NCBI GenBank assembly: GCA_009914755.4
Contig: CP068257.2
Location: 30,848,001-30,912,000, forward strand
DNA length: 64,000 bases
Direction of reading: 5' to 3'
Source: the human T2T-CHM13v2.0 reference genome, Homo sapiens
This document shows, piece after piece, positions 1 through 16,800 of the stretch (position 1 is its first letter; each line of letters opens with the position of its first letter). The position numbers and the translations under genes are program-made. Below the pieces are notes generated by a model. It saw only the letters and a program-made list of their open reading frames with translations. It had not been told where the DNA came from and ran no database searches.

Positions 1-230
1 GTACGCCCTCACCTCCCCCGTACGCCCTCCCCTCCCCTCCCCCGTACGCCCTCCCCTCCCCCGTACGCCCTCACCTCCCCCGTACGCCCTCCCCTCCCCT
101 CCCCCGTACGCCCTCCCCTCCCCCGTACGCCCTCACCTCCGCCATACGCTCTCACCTCCCCCATACGCTCTCACTCACCCTCACCTCTGCCATACGCTGT
201 CCCCTCCGCCATATGCTGTCACCGCCACCA
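1..230. repeat. Minisatellite, ~20-bp unit CCGTACGCCCTC(A/C)CCTCCCC; array starts outside window and decays toward 3' side
   Basis: About 10 tandem units read directly; each unit carries a CpG (TACGCC). Confidence 0.85.
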
Positions 231-289
231 TACATTATTGGTCCCCCACACAAGCTCTGGTTCACGGTGGGAGGAGGCTGCACAAACGC

Positions 290-757
<468 letters not shown>

Positions 758-1368
758 TAATCTTGAAGGAGACTGACCCAAAGTCTTTTCTGAAAGATCT
801 TACAGCAGGTGGGGTCCATCAGAATTTATGCCTCATCCGGCAGAAGAGAAACTGAAAGGAAGACATGAAAGTGACCATCACTGGTGACCAATGAACACCA
901 GCAAAACAGCATTTTCACATGAGACAGGAGTGAGCTTTTCCCGAAGGGCTGGGCCTGAGGCCGCCAGGCTTCAGAATGTGCCCCCTGTCTGGGCATCCAC
1001 TGTGGTGCATAATTTCCCGCTGTGGTTTACATTTTCCGGGTGAGCTCCAGGGATTCTGCTATTTCCTTAATAAGAAGATGAGAAAAACCACACAATAGGC
1101 CTCAAAGGCTGGGCTAAGGCCACTCCGAGGCCAAGTGTGGGCAGGCCTGGACTTTTCAGCCAAAGATCGAGGTGCCAGAGGTTCCCACTGCCAAGACAGC
1201 GGCACTTAAGCAGCCAGCCTTATTATCTAAATAAACACAGGTTGGAAGGAGTAATTAACTTCAGTTTCACTGTTAAGTAATAGCCAAAAAGTAAAAATGT
1301 AAATGGTTGAATATCTTGTTATCACATGTATTGGGGGTGGAGGGCAGTTTGCCAGAAACAGAAGGTGC

Positions 1369-2078
<710 letters not shown>

Positions 2079-2423
2079 TTTTTTTTTTTTCTTCTTCTGT
2101 TAGCCTTAAGGAATATGGTCAGGCATATATCCTTAAAACTAAGAAAATATAGGTTTCCCAGGGTGCTCTCATAGAATTTTTGCAGCTGCATGCCTTGGTA
2201 AACTTTTTCTGGATAAGTTTGGCAGTATGTATTAAAAGCCTTGATGTTTGGAATACCCTTTAACAAAGCAACCTACTTCCAATAATTCCTATGGAAATAT
2301 CATACTTGTTTGCAAATGTTCAGCTGTAAGATTATTCTACATAGCACTGCTTATAATATTAAAAAATAGAAATCATCTGAATGTCTGACAAAAGAGTATT
2401 ATAAATAGGGTTGGATTCTTACA
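2079..2423 (-). other. 345-bp insertion splitting an Alu; starts with poly(T) on + strand, so a poly-A-tailed sequence inserted in minus orientation; source unidentified
   Basis: Alu body is precisely split; insert is unique-looking AT-rich sequence led by a 13-nt T-run. Confidence 0.4.
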
Positions 2424-2547
2424 CAGGAGGCTAAGGTGGGAGGATCACTTGAGCCCAGGAGTTGGAGGCTGTGGTGAGCAATAATCGTGCCACTACATTC
2501 CAGCCTGGTTGACAGAGCAAGGCCCTGTCTCTTAAAAAAAAAAAAAA
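2424..2547 (+). mobile_element. Alu 3' portion (continuation of 1905-2078) with poly(A) tail
   Basis: caggaggctaaggtgggaggatcacttgagcccaggag...cagcctggttgacagagcaaggccctgtctcttaaaaaaaaaaaaaa. Confidence 0.85.
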
Positions 2548-2670
2548 GGTACCGAGTTGGTACATTCATAAAATGAAAGACAATACAACTCTTTAAAATA
2601 TTGCTTATTTAAAATGTTCACAAATATACTAGTAAATGGGAAAGTGTAGCATACAAAGTAGTATGTATGT

Positions 2671-3257
<587 letters not shown>

Positions 3258-4680
3258 TTACACACAGAAAAGTGACTAGGAAGATATTCTTTAAAGGTTA
3301 ATAGCTTTTTTTCTTGATGGTGGGATTTACTAGGGCTTTTTCCCCCAGTTTTGGGCCTCTCTGTACTTCTAAAATGTGAACATGTATTTACTTTGTAACA
3401 GGAAAAAACGATACTACTTATGTTTGGAAACGTTAGACTTCTAAGATAAATTTCACAATTCAGACTATTTGTTCCCAATGCAGGTAGCTTATACAGAAAT
3501 CATATATTCCATTCTATGTTCTTTTGAAACTTAAGGTTTTTTCTACTTAGGGAGAGGAATTCAGTGAAGAAGGGGCTAGTTTTAGGCCACTTACATATAA
3601 GGATTGTGGTTTAGTAGAGAAGAAACAGAACCTTTTTTTTTTTTTTTTGACTGGTAAATGTGCTCAGCTCAAAACCCCAAATAAAACAAAGCTCTTAAAG
3701 ACAACAAAAATATCCTCAGTCAACCCCGTGCAGCCACAAGAAAAAAAAAAAAACTAGAAGAAAAGTTAAAGGATATGTCTTTACTCCTAGATAAACTTTT
3801 CATGACCTCTGGGACAAATTAAGTTATATTAAAAAAAGAGTTTATTAAAATATTCTGAAAAAAATGCCTCTAAGACTCTCACTGTTCAAAAACTGTCTTC
3901 TATTTAGACATAAATTTCATTCTCCTTTTAAAGAAAGATCATTCGATACTTTCATTTCAAAGCATTGTTAAGTCACAAAAGCTTGAAACGTACCTTAAAA
4001 TCGATAAGGGAGAATAAAACACCTTTTTTCAACCAGCCAAAAATACCATCTTGGTGATTCTCCTGCCAATCTTTTTTTATTTCCTATATGCAGATTTGGG
4101 GCCTGAATATTTAGTTCATACCACGCTGTACCATAGATGCTTGTTTTCACTTCAAGGGAGCAAAGAGAGCATGTAATTTAGACTCTAAATTGACGAAGTC
4201 CCAAAGGCCTTTTCCTAAAGTACCATTTCCTACCTGACGTTAGGTGCCCTGATGATGATAATGCTGATTCACATGCGAGGGCGCTGGCATTGTTCCCACT
4301 GCCCACACCACTGCCTTTTTAACAATCACATCATCCCAGGAGCCAGCTCCCAGGAGTTTCTTTGTCCGAGTGAGGAAACTGAGGCTTAGCAAGGTCACAC
4401 TTTTTGCCGCTGCTCTGTTCTGCTGCCCACAGCTGCCACAGATGGTCTTCCGGGACCTTAAACACAGATTTTTCACACAAGCTTAGAGACAGCTGAGGAG
4501 AACAGCAAATGTTTTTGTGGGCTTACCTTCTGCAGTTGCCTCGTACAGACCTCATAGAGATACAGTGAAAAAAGATATTCCTCATGCTACACAGGAGGGA
4601 AACTGAGTCTCAGTGAGTTTATCAGATACCAAGTGCTGGGCAAACAGTAGTGAGCTCACCCTCTTCACAGAAGAACTGAA

Positions 4681-4895
4681 CCCCTTCACGGTTCTCCAAT
4701 GAGTAGAAGAGTTTCCCTGAGACATGAGCTTCCTGCCTTCCCCTACCTGCCCAGTCCCTGGGGTACCTCCTCGGAAGCCCAGGGCTCCCTGGAACATAAT
4801 TTGATGTTGGTGCTCTTGCAGAAGGAACTACCATTTAATATTTATTGAGTCGGACACTGTGTTAATCCATGAGACCCACATGCCTCGAACCCCAG
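4681..4895. repeat. Low-copy duplicated segment, copy 1 (paralogous to 6388-6915)
   Basis: ccccttcacggttctccaatgagtagaagagtttccctgagacatgagcttcct...ccatttaatattt(a/c)ttg..ggacactgtg(t/c)taa; about 88% identity between copies by eye. Confidence 0.75.
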
Positions 4896-5085
4896 CAGCT
4901 GTCAGCCCAATGGGAGATCCAGGCACAAACAATGAACACAGCACAGCAGAAGCATTGCCACTCTCCTCTGAAGGGTCCTGCTCCATTCAGCAGCCCTGTT
5001 CACGGAACTTCACCCTCTTGTGTTCTGGAACCACTGTCCTGCCCCCTTCAGGGTTTGGGGGTGGTCACATCCCAGTGTTATTCCC

Positions 5086-5457
5086 TTTTTTTTTTTTTTT
5101 TTTTTTGGAGACAGAGTCTTGTTGTTGCCCAGGCTGGAGTGCAATGGCACGATCATAGCTCACTGCAGCCTCAATCTTCCAACTCAAGCGATCCTCCTGT
5201 CTCAGCCACCCAAGTAGCTGGGACTACAGGCTGCAGCCTCAATCTTCCAACTCAAGCGATCCTCCTGTCTCAGCCACCCAAGTAGCTGGGACTACAGGCG
5301 CACACCATCATGCCCAGCTACTTTTAATTTTGTTTTCAGTAGAGACGAGGTCTAGTTTTGTTGCCCAGGCTGATCTTGAACTCCTGAGTTCAAGCAATCC
5401 TCTCACCTCAGCCTCCCAAAATGTTGGGATTACAGGGATGAGCCACCACGCCCGGCC
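5086..5457 (-). mobile_element. Alu with internal perfect 68-bp tandem duplication (5163-5230 = 5231-5298)
   Basis: Poly(T) head, Alu consensus in reverse complement; the 68-bp block ctgcagcctcaatcttccaactcaagcgatcctcctgtctcagccacccaagtagctgggactacagg occurs twice back to back. Confidence 0.95.
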
Positions 5458-6039
5458 CTCCCTGCCATTCCTACCCCTGGGGTTCTGCACCATCCTTTGG
5501 GTGTGCCATGTCCTCATCCCATTCCCACCTTTGCAAATGGTCTATTTATTAAGCCCTGATTTGAATGTGGGTGGCCTGTCTGGCGCCCGAATGTGCAGCA
5601 GTGACTATTCCTGCTATACTGGTTGAGCTAAACTTGCCCTTCACAAAGACAGACTTGACGTTTCTGGCATTTGGTATAGACAGGCACTTAAAACATTCTC
5701 TTAAAGCTCAATAGACTTCTTGACTTGCTGTGTTTACTCTTCATTCATGAAGACCCGCCAGAGTAGCTCCAGCAAGCCACTCCTTTAGACTGGAGTACTC
5801 CACTCCCAGGCAGTCAGGGGAAAGATGGATTTATTCCAAGCCCCTAGTGAGTGGCTGGGAAGAGCTGATCCAGGAACCAGACAGAAGGATGGCAGCTTCA
5901 CTGCTTCCTAATGCCCTTGGAGCATCCTTTCTCAGCATAGATTCGATCTCACAGATCAGGCACCCCTACAAAATAACACATTCTAAAGCCAGAGATGTGG
6001 GATGTTTGCATTATGTCATGTTCCAGGCTGTCCATTTCA

Positions 6040-6125
6040 GACCATGAATTCATTCATTAAGCACTTAATTGTTGAGTGCCTACTGTGTGCCCAGCACCTG
6101 ATTCTTTTTATCAGGCTTGTGGAAT
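6040..6125 (+). mobile_element. MIR-like SINE fragment
   Basis: ttcattcattaagcacttaattgttgagtgcctactgtgtgcccagcacctg resembles MIR 5' region. Confidence 0.35.
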
Positions 6126-6259
6126 GGTACCTTAGCAAAATAAGTCCGAACCTTCATGGATATAAGACGAGATCAGGTGCATTCAGGGTGGTATGGCCGT
6201 AGACGTCCTTCATGAATATATTCAAATCAAGTGCTTTTATGATAATGTTCCTCACTGTT

Positions 6260-6260
<1 letters not shown>

Positions 6261-6298
<38 letters not shown>
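6261..6298. repeat. (TG)n microsatellite, ~19 units
   Basis: Direct reading. Confidence 0.95.
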
Positions 6299-6300
<2 letters not shown>

Positions 6301-6387
6301 TTAAATATATTTAAATTGTCCTTCCCTCAAGGGCATTGACTTTCCAATTTTTTAGTGGTTAGCCATAGATCATTCCTTTCAACTGGA

Positions 6388-6915
<528 letters not shown>

Positions 6916-7490
6916 TGTCAACCTTTTAAGTTACCTGGGCTGTGAATTCCTCCCCTACTTAGAGACTCTTGCTTCTTTCTCTGGCCCCTTTTTCTCAGCA
7001 GATGTGTTGGTCTGTGATTTCTACCCTAATCTCTCTTCTGGACAGGCACCTTTGGCCTCCCTAAGACCCAGTGAGCTCCCTCGACTCACCCCCACCCACT
7101 GTGTGTGCTTCTGTCTGTCCGCCGAGCAGCCACGCCACTGGAGGAAGTTCCGGCCTCTGCCATCTCCATAGCCATTACGTCCCCACTCACCCACAGGGAG
7201 GGGCTGGCCTGTGCCAGACCACAGAAACTTCCTTGTTTGCCGATTTTTTTTTTTACTGCACAAGCATTGTTAATGTGTTCTCCCTTCCAAATCCTTCCAG
7301 AGCCCAACCCACACTCTCCCTTGGCCCATTCTAGAAGCGTCAAACATATTAGACGCATGCGTCTTCCTCTGTAGTTGACATTCTCCTCCCCTGACTGTCC
7401 ACCCTCTTGTTTTCCTCCAAGAGGGCCACGTCTTTCAGATGCTGCAACTGGTCTTGCACACCTGAAACTCACCTGATGTTGATCACTCTC

Positions 7491-7760
<270 letters not shown>

Positions 7761-8410
7761 CACTCCCTTTTTATTTTTTTCATTTTGTTTTTCTTCTTTC
7801 ATGGAGCCCATAGGTTTCTTCTCTCCTTAAGAACCTTCTCTCTCTAATCCCCTTGTCCTGGCTCCTCATGGGCCGGCTCCTCAAGCAGACTCAGAATCTA
7901 GATTCCTTAATTTCTTGTTCACCATGGCCCAGACTTGTCTTCTCTCTCTTGCCAAATTGTTTGAGTTCCTGATTCTCGCAATACCTTTTCCCACTCTTGT
8001 CTAAGTGGAGACATTATGTTTAAGGGCACAGTCTTTAATGTCAACTGGATTGAGGTTCTAGGGCACACACTACCACCAAACACTGAGACCTAAGTCAAGT
8101 TACATAGCCTTGCCAAGCCTTCTGCATTTGTCAGGGCAATTAATGTAACTGTTACAGCCACTCAGTGGCTTAACCCAGTAAAGGTTTATTTCTTGGTCAT
8201 ATCACAGTCCAGTGAGGCTTGGGTGGTTTTCCTAGGCAGCTCGCTTCCAGTGACCCAGGGATCCAGGCCTCTTCCACCTTGTAAGGTTTCGGCATAAACA
8301 GTCAAAGGACATCATCAGAGATATACTTTTAGAAGTTGGCTCTGGCAGCATTGTTTGAACCAATCGCCATGAGCAGACAAAGGAAGAAAGAGTGGATGCG
8401 GAGCTATTGA

Positions 8411-8723
<313 letters not shown>

Positions 8724-9459
8724 CTTACTGTTGTTCTTGACTAACTTCTCCCTCTCTCTGTGTTCAAGTTTTTACCAGGTATTACTGCTTCCTCTATGCC
8801 CCTGTGAGGTATTTCTGACTCTAAATGCCCACCAATCTATATTTTTAAATTTCCTATAATGCTATTATTAGCTGATTCCTTGCTGCCAACATCTGTGGTC
8901 TCATTTAATCCTAAAATTTCTGGAAGAAACACTTTCTTGGAAAAAAGGCCTTAATAGTCCATTTTTACCTTTAAATTCTTTAATATATTTGACATACTCA
9001 AAATAATATGTGTAACACTTATGTAGGTTGTAAAAGGAGAATAATATAGTGCATTACACCCCACAGAACTAGAATCCTACAAATAACTTGGATCTACTTA
9101 TGTTTTTCTCCTCTGTCCTAGCCCTGTCCCTTTCAGTGGTAAATGCTATGTAGAGATTTGTATTTATACAAATATGTTACACATATACTTTTAAATAACT
9201 GTATTATTTAGTTTTTTGGCTAATAAAAATGGTGTTGAGGTATTGTAATATAATAAGAAATATATATTTTTGTCTTCATTTGGCTCCTGGCCAGAGATCC
9301 TAAAACCTTTGTAATTTCCTAAGTTATAAGTGCAATCAGAACATCTTTTGTTATAATATTTAGATTTTGTCCTGGGCTCCTGAAATAGCTCCAGAATGAT
9401 GAAGATGAAAGGAACGTCTTTTGTTATTCATTAAAATTAGCTCCTTTTAACCACACCTG

Positions 9460-10330
9460 AGTTTACGTAGATGAATGAATTTTGGAAAGCCCCTAATGAT
9501 GGGGGGCTGGTTGTCAAGGGAATGGATCATGTGACTAGAGGGCTGGAACTTAAACCTCACACCCACCCCCTATCTCCCCAAGCTGGAGAGAGAGGCTGGA
9601 GGTTGTTGGGTCCATCACCAATGGTCAATGACTTAATCAACCATGCCTATATCATGAGACCTCCATAAAAGCCCTCAACAATGGGGCTCAGAGACCTTTC
9701 AGCTCAAGGACTCCATGGAGATGCTCAGTGGGTAGAACCTTTAGGCCAGTGGCAGCGACTCACATCCCTGTATTTTGGGAGGCCAAGGCAGGTGGATCAC
9801 CTGAAGTCAGAAGTTCAAGACCAGCCTGGCCAACATGGTGAAAACCCATATCTACTAAAAATACAAAAAATTAGCTGGGCATGGTGGCAGGCGCCTGTAA
9901 TCCCAGCTACTCGGGAAGCTGAGACAGAGAATTGCTCGAATCCAGGAGGCAGAGGTTGCAATGAGCCAAAATCGCGCCATTGCCCTCCAGTCTGGGGGAC
10001 AGAGTGAGACTCCATCTCAAAAAAAAAAAAAAAGAGAGAGTAGAACCCCCAGCAAGGGCATGGGAGCTCCATGCCCCGTCCCCAAACCTTGCCGTGTGCA
10101 TCTCTAACATTCGGCTCCTCCTGAGTTGTGTCCTTTTATAATAACTAATAATCTTGTAAGTAAACTGTTTTCCTGAGTTCTGTAAGCCAGTCTTGCAAAT
10201 TCTGGAACCCAAGAAGAACCCCTGATTTATAGGTGGTCAGTCAGAGGCCCAGGCTTGCGATTGGCATCTGATGAGGGGCTGGGGGGTAGTCTTGTGGGAC
10301 TGGGCCCTTAGCCTGTGGTATCTGTACTAA
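9460..10330. mobile_element. Unassigned old interspersed repeat (LTR-like), split by an Alu
   Basis: Sequence is continuous across the Alu when the Alu and one TSD copy are removed; motifs ...ttttcctgagttctgtaagccagtcttgcaaattctgg... typical of LTR/MER-class repeats; family not recognised with certainty. Confidence 0.3.
9743..10035 (+). mobile_element. Alu, full length
   Basis: TSD gtagaacc(c) at 9735 and 10036. Confidence 0.95.
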
Positions 10331-10394
10331 CTCCAGGTAGTCAGTGTAAGTTTTCAGCATAAACAATCAAAGGACATCATCAGAGATTAATTGC

Positions 10395-10559
10395 AAGAAA
10401 ATATTCTCAAACCTTATATCTGATAAGGGGTTAATATTCAAATATGCAAGGAACTTATACAACTCAACTGTAAAAAGCAAATAACTCAGTTAAAAAGAGG
10501 GCAAAGGACCTGAATAGACATTTCTCCAAGAAAGACATAAAAATTTAGATAAATTGTAG

Positions 10560-10560
<1 letters not shown>
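10395..10560 (+). mobile_element. L1 ORF2-region fragment, inverted relative to the adjacent L1 segment
   Basis: ...aaaaagagggcaaaggacctgaatagacatttctccaagaaagacataaaaat matches L1 ORF2 sense strand. Confidence 0.6.
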
Positions 10561-12165
<1,605 letters not shown>

Positions 12166-12402
12166 ATCTCGGCTCACCGCAACCTCTGCCTCCTGGGTTC
12201 AAGTGATTCTTCTGCCTCAGCCTCCTGAGTAACTGGGATTACAGGCGTGTGCCACCGCGCCTGGCTAATTTTTGTATTTTTTTAGTAGAGATGGGGTTTC
12301 ACCACATTGGCCAGGCTGGTCTTGAACTCCTGACCTCAGGCGATTCACCTGCCTTGGCCTTCCAAAGTGCTGGGATTACAGACATGAGCCACCATGCCCG
12401 GC
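12166..12402 (-). mobile_element. Alu, truncated on its 3' (left) side
   Basis: gatctcggctcaccgcaacctctgcctcc...gagccaccatgcccggcc. Confidence 0.85.
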
Positions 12403-12990
12403 CTACCACCTTGACCATTTCTAAGTGTACAGTTTGGTCGTGTTAAGTATATTCATATTGTTGTGCAACCAATCTCCAGAATTTTTTCATCTTGACAATC
12501 GCAACTCAAAACCCATAAAACAACTCCCCATTGCTCCCTCCCTTAGCTCCTGGCACCCACCATTCCACTTTCTGTCTCTGTGGATTTCACTACTCTAGGT
12601 CCATCATATAAGTGGAATCACACAGTATTTGTCTTTTTGTGACTGGCTTACTTCACTTAGCATAATGTCTTCAAGGTTCATCCAAGTTGTAGTATGTGTC
12701 AGTTCTTAGGAGTCGGACTTGGTCAGATGGGTGGTGGGGGATCTTAAGCAGGCAGGGAGTGATGAGATTAGAAAGACCACAGTGGAGGGCAAAGGGGAGA
12801 GAACCATTTGAAGGGGAGAAAATGGAAGGAAGGAGTCCAGTGAGTCCTTTTTAAGGCTGAATGATACTCCATCCTATGTATATACCACATTTTATTTATC
12901 CATTCATCCATCAAAGGACACTTGAGTTGCTTCCACCTCTTGGCTGTTGTGAATATGCCACTATGAACATGGATGTGAAGCCATGGTGTT
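12403..12990 (-). mobile_element. L1 3' end region (ORF2 end / 3'UTR of old L1), antisense, containing a foreign 143-bp block
   Basis: ...catcatataagtggaatcacacagtatttgtctttttgtgactggcttacttcacttagcataatgtcttcaaggttcatccaagttgtagtatgtgtcag... then ...cctttttaaggctgaatgatactccatcctatgtatataccacattttatttatccattcatc. Confidence 0.7.
12706..12848. repeat. 143-bp block about 92% identical to 13625-13706 plus 14007-14068, embedded in the L1
   Basis: ttaggagtcggacttggtcagatggg.ggt.ggggatcttaagcaggcagg.agtgatgagattagaa...cacagtggagggcaaag..gagaaccatttgaagg.gagaaaatgga.gga.ggagtccagt at both places. Confidence 0.75.
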
Positions 12991-13706
12991 TTTTTCCCTT
13001 GCTTCTGGTTCCATTTTAGTCTCCTTCTTGAATCTCACAGCTGTGGGTTCTCATGCACTCATGTACCTCACTGCTAGTGAATCCTTCTCCTTTCCTCCTG
13101 GATAATCCACTTCAAGACTTTCTTCCCGTGAGCAGCTAGCTCCAATGCCTGCTAGCAAAGGCACCAGGAGTAGGCTCCAAGAGCCAAGGAGGAGCTTCAG
13201 AAGGGATGGAGGTTATAACCTTCCCTTTGTTCATTCGTCCCATAATTCTTTGAGCATTTACTGAGCATCAGGACCAGCATAAGTGCTGGGAGCAGGAGCT
13301 CCCTGTCTAGTCTGGATAGCGACAAATGAGCAAATAAGTAGAGCCATGAGGTGAGAGCAATACACAGAACAGGAGAGGCAGAGAGAAGGAAACCACTGAC
13401 TGCCGCCTGGGAGATGGTACAACTGAGAAGACAGGGGAGAAGGAAGTATTTCCTAGCAGGCAGAGGAGCATGTGCAAAGATAAAGAGATGTCAAGAGTCA
13501 CAGCCTGGCTTTCTGGGGCTGCAGTGAGACCTGCAGGCTGCGACACAGGCTGGGGTGGGAGAATAACGGCTGTGAAGGAGCTAGGAAGGTAGAAAAGGCA
13601 AGTCATATGGGGCCTTGTGCACAGTTCTGAGGAGTCGGACTTGGTCAGATGGGGGGTTGGGGATCTTAAGCAGGCAGGAAGTGATGAGATTAGAAGGGGC
13701 ACAGTG

Positions 13707-14006
13707 GGCCGGGCACGGTGGCTCACGCCTGTAATCCCAGCACTTTGGGCGGCCGAGGCGGGTGGATCACCGGGGGTCAGGAGTTCGAGACCAGCCTGGC
13801 CAACATGGTGAAACCCCGTCTCTACTAAAAATACAAAAATTAGCCGGGCATGGTGGCAGGCGCCTGTAAGCTACTTGGTCGGCTGGGGCAAGAGAATTGG
13901 TTGAACCTGGGAGGCAGAGATTGCAGTGAGCCAAGACTGCACCACTGCACTCCAGACTGGGTGACAGAGCGAGACTCTGTCAAAAAAAAAAAAAAAAAAA
14001 AAAAAA
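13707..14006 (+). mobile_element. Alu, full length, 25-nt poly(A)
   Basis: TSD gcacagtgg at 13698 and 14007. Confidence 0.95.
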
Positions 14007-15329
14007 GCACAGTGGAGGGCAAAGAGAGAACCATTTGAAGGGAAGAAAATGGAGGGAGGGAGTCCAGTTACTAGACTTGCTGCAAAACTGACAGGGCTGG
14101 AACTGAGGCTATGGCAGGAGAGTAGGAGGAGATGATAGGTGCAGACGTGTGGAGTCAAAGGTGGCTGGAAAGAGTAAAGACAATCATTGCACATGGCGGA
14201 GTGCCGGAGTGGCCAGCGCTGAAGGCAGAGATCCTGGCCTCGGCTCTCAGTGGTTTGGTAGTGGCAGGGATGGACTTGGGACTGAATGGAGTGTGCAGAA
14301 AGGAGAAGAGAGCCCAGACCCAGTGCATTTTGCAGGGCCCTGTGCAAAATGAAAATGCAAAGCCCCTTGTTCAAAAATATATCAGAATTTCCACCAGGCA
14401 CAGGAATGAGCTTACTCTGGGTGGGCAGGCCTGCAGAGGGCACCAGGATAGAGGAATCAGAGACCACCAGGGTGATGAGCACCAGGGAGCTGAGGTCAGT
14501 GAGAAATCCCTCAATAGGGGCATTTAGGCACCGGAAGTTCCAGAGATAGGGAAGGATTAGGATCACCCCTCATCTCTTGGATGGGATGGTGATAAGTCCA
14601 TGTGATCTCCTCAAAGGGATCAGTTTCGGGGTGTGTGTGGGACAGGGGCATATTGAGGAGGGGAGGATACAGGATGGGAGGAGAGATGCAGGGGAGGCAT
14701 AGAGATCCTTTCTAGAAGGCTGACTGAAGGAAAAGCATAAGTCTGGAGAGAGGTCCTGGGAACTGGGGAGAGCAGTTTTTGTTGTTAGAGGGTAGAGGAG
14801 TTTGTCATCTATAAGACGTGAGCAGACATGCACAGGACTTTGTGTGGCTGGGGTCCCTGCCCCTGTGCCTTCATACTCTCCCTGACCTATGCTTCTTCAC
14901 AGCACCAGCCCTTGGCCTCTCTGGGCATGAACCCCCCACAGGCATCTCCAGATTTGAGCCTTTTCTTCAAAATCTCGGCCCACCTCAAATGCAGGACAGT
15001 TTTCTTTTGTTTTTTTTTTTAATGACTTTATGATCGTGTCCTTCAAACTGCCTACTCCTAACAACTTCCCTCATCTCTCAGTAGCACCACTGTTTCCCCA
15101 GCCCTGCAGCTTAAGATCTGAAACCATCCTTGGTCGGTCCCTCACCCACCCTTTCATGGAGACTGGGGTAGTGGGGCTCAGAGATCAACCTGCAGGCCCC
15201 GCTCTTCTCTAGCTGTGTGAGGTTACTGAACCTCTCTGTGTCTGCTGTCTCAGCCACAAAATTGATGTGTGTGTGTGTGTGCATGCACAAGTGTGTGTAT
15301 TACAAACAGCCTATCTCATAAATAATTAT

Positions 15330-15440
15330 CTGTATTTATTGGGCTCCTACAGTGGGCCAGGTGTGGGAACTAGATGATGACCAAAACAAACATAGTTTCT
15401 CACTATACAAGTGCTGAGAGCAGTGGCTGACATCATGCTA
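15330..15440 (+). mobile_element. MIR fragment (core region)
   Basis: ...tacagtgggccaggtgtgggaactagatgatgaccaaaacaaacatagtttctcactatacaagtgctgagagcag resembles MIR core. Confidence 0.45.
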
Positions 15441-16068
15441 CCTGTTATATTATAAGTGAATGGAACTTTGCAAAGTCTCTAAAATTCTCTCCTCTTCCAT
15501 TCCTTGCTCTTTAAGCCTGTAACTCCCCTCAATGTACATTCTTAAAATTGCTTCCAAACTGCTCTCCTTGCCTTTGGTTCCCGTTTCTCTCCCAGGGAAT
15601 CCTCTACACTGTCCCCTAAAGACAATAGTGTCAGGCATTTCTTTAGGCTTCCTGTTGCTTGCAGAGTAAAGTCTGAATTCTTTAGCTAAGCCTTTGAAAG
15701 TGTCTCTGTCTTGTTCCAGTTCACATTTCCTACTCATTCGCTGTGGTCGCCCCGCCTACTCCCGCCTTTCCAGCCTGTGGCCAGCCCCTGCAGGGGCTCC
15801 TAGCCCACTGCCTTAGTGTTCATGCTTTCTCTCTTGCCTGCCTCTACCCAATTTCTGCTCTTTCTTTCATGATCCAGCCCCTCTGCTCCCACGCACAGCG
15901 ATCTCTCCCGCCTCTGACCTAGCACCTCTTGTCTGCACCACGTCCTGCTGACAGTGATTCACTGTTTCCACTATCAGACACCAGCTCTCACATGTGTGTT
16001 TTGACTCTCTAGCTCTATTGCAAATCCTGTGAAAGGATGCTTTCATCTGGGTAAAAAGCAAGGTAGGC

Positions 16069-16071
16069 TTT

Positions 16072-16114
<43 letters not shown>

Positions 16115-16117
16115 TTT
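16069..16117. repeat. (TTTA)n, 12 units; tail of the adjacent minus-strand Alu
   Basis: Direct reading. Confidence 0.9.
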
Positions 16118-16399
<282 letters not shown>

Positions 16400-16524
16400 C
16401 TCTTTTTACTGTTTTTTTCTGATGGTACTTAGCACAGTGCCTCATCCACCATAGGTGTTCAACTGATATTTACTGATTTTAATGATGTTGTGCCAGGGCA
16501 CCGAAAAACAAATCTTCATGTCAA

Positions 16525-16700
16525 TTAGTTTATTTCATTCATTCATTCATCAGATATTTACTTGCCTTCTACAGTGGGCGAGGTGTGAGAATTAGATGAT
16601 GAACAAAACAGAAATAGTCTCTCCTGGAGCTTATGTTCATGTAGAGGAGATTGATTCTCAAAATAAACAAACAAATAATATATTTCAAAGCATGGTAAAG
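16525..16700 (+). mobile_element. MIR fragment
   Basis: ttcattcattcattcatcagatatttacttg...acaaaacagaaatagtctctcctggagcttatgttcatgtagaggagattgattctcaaaataaacaaacaaataat. Confidence 0.5.
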
Positions 16701-16800
16701 GTCGTAAAAGAACCAAGAATCTTCATTCAATGTTCTTCATATTTTAACCAGTGCAAAATGAAAATGCAAAGCCCCTTGTTCAAAAATATATCAGAATTTT

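Noticed and set aside
1-230. Possible CRISPR-like array (regular direct repeats)
   Set aside because: Units are directly abutting with no unique spacers, and the context is primate genomic DNA. This is a minisatellite. The same applies to 61670-62110 and the AT-rich array at 35275.
13310-14400. Possible additional old interspersed repeat around the 143-bp patch donor
   Set aside because: Sequence has the feel of an ancient repeat but no family could be assigned by eye. It is left unannotated rather than guessed.
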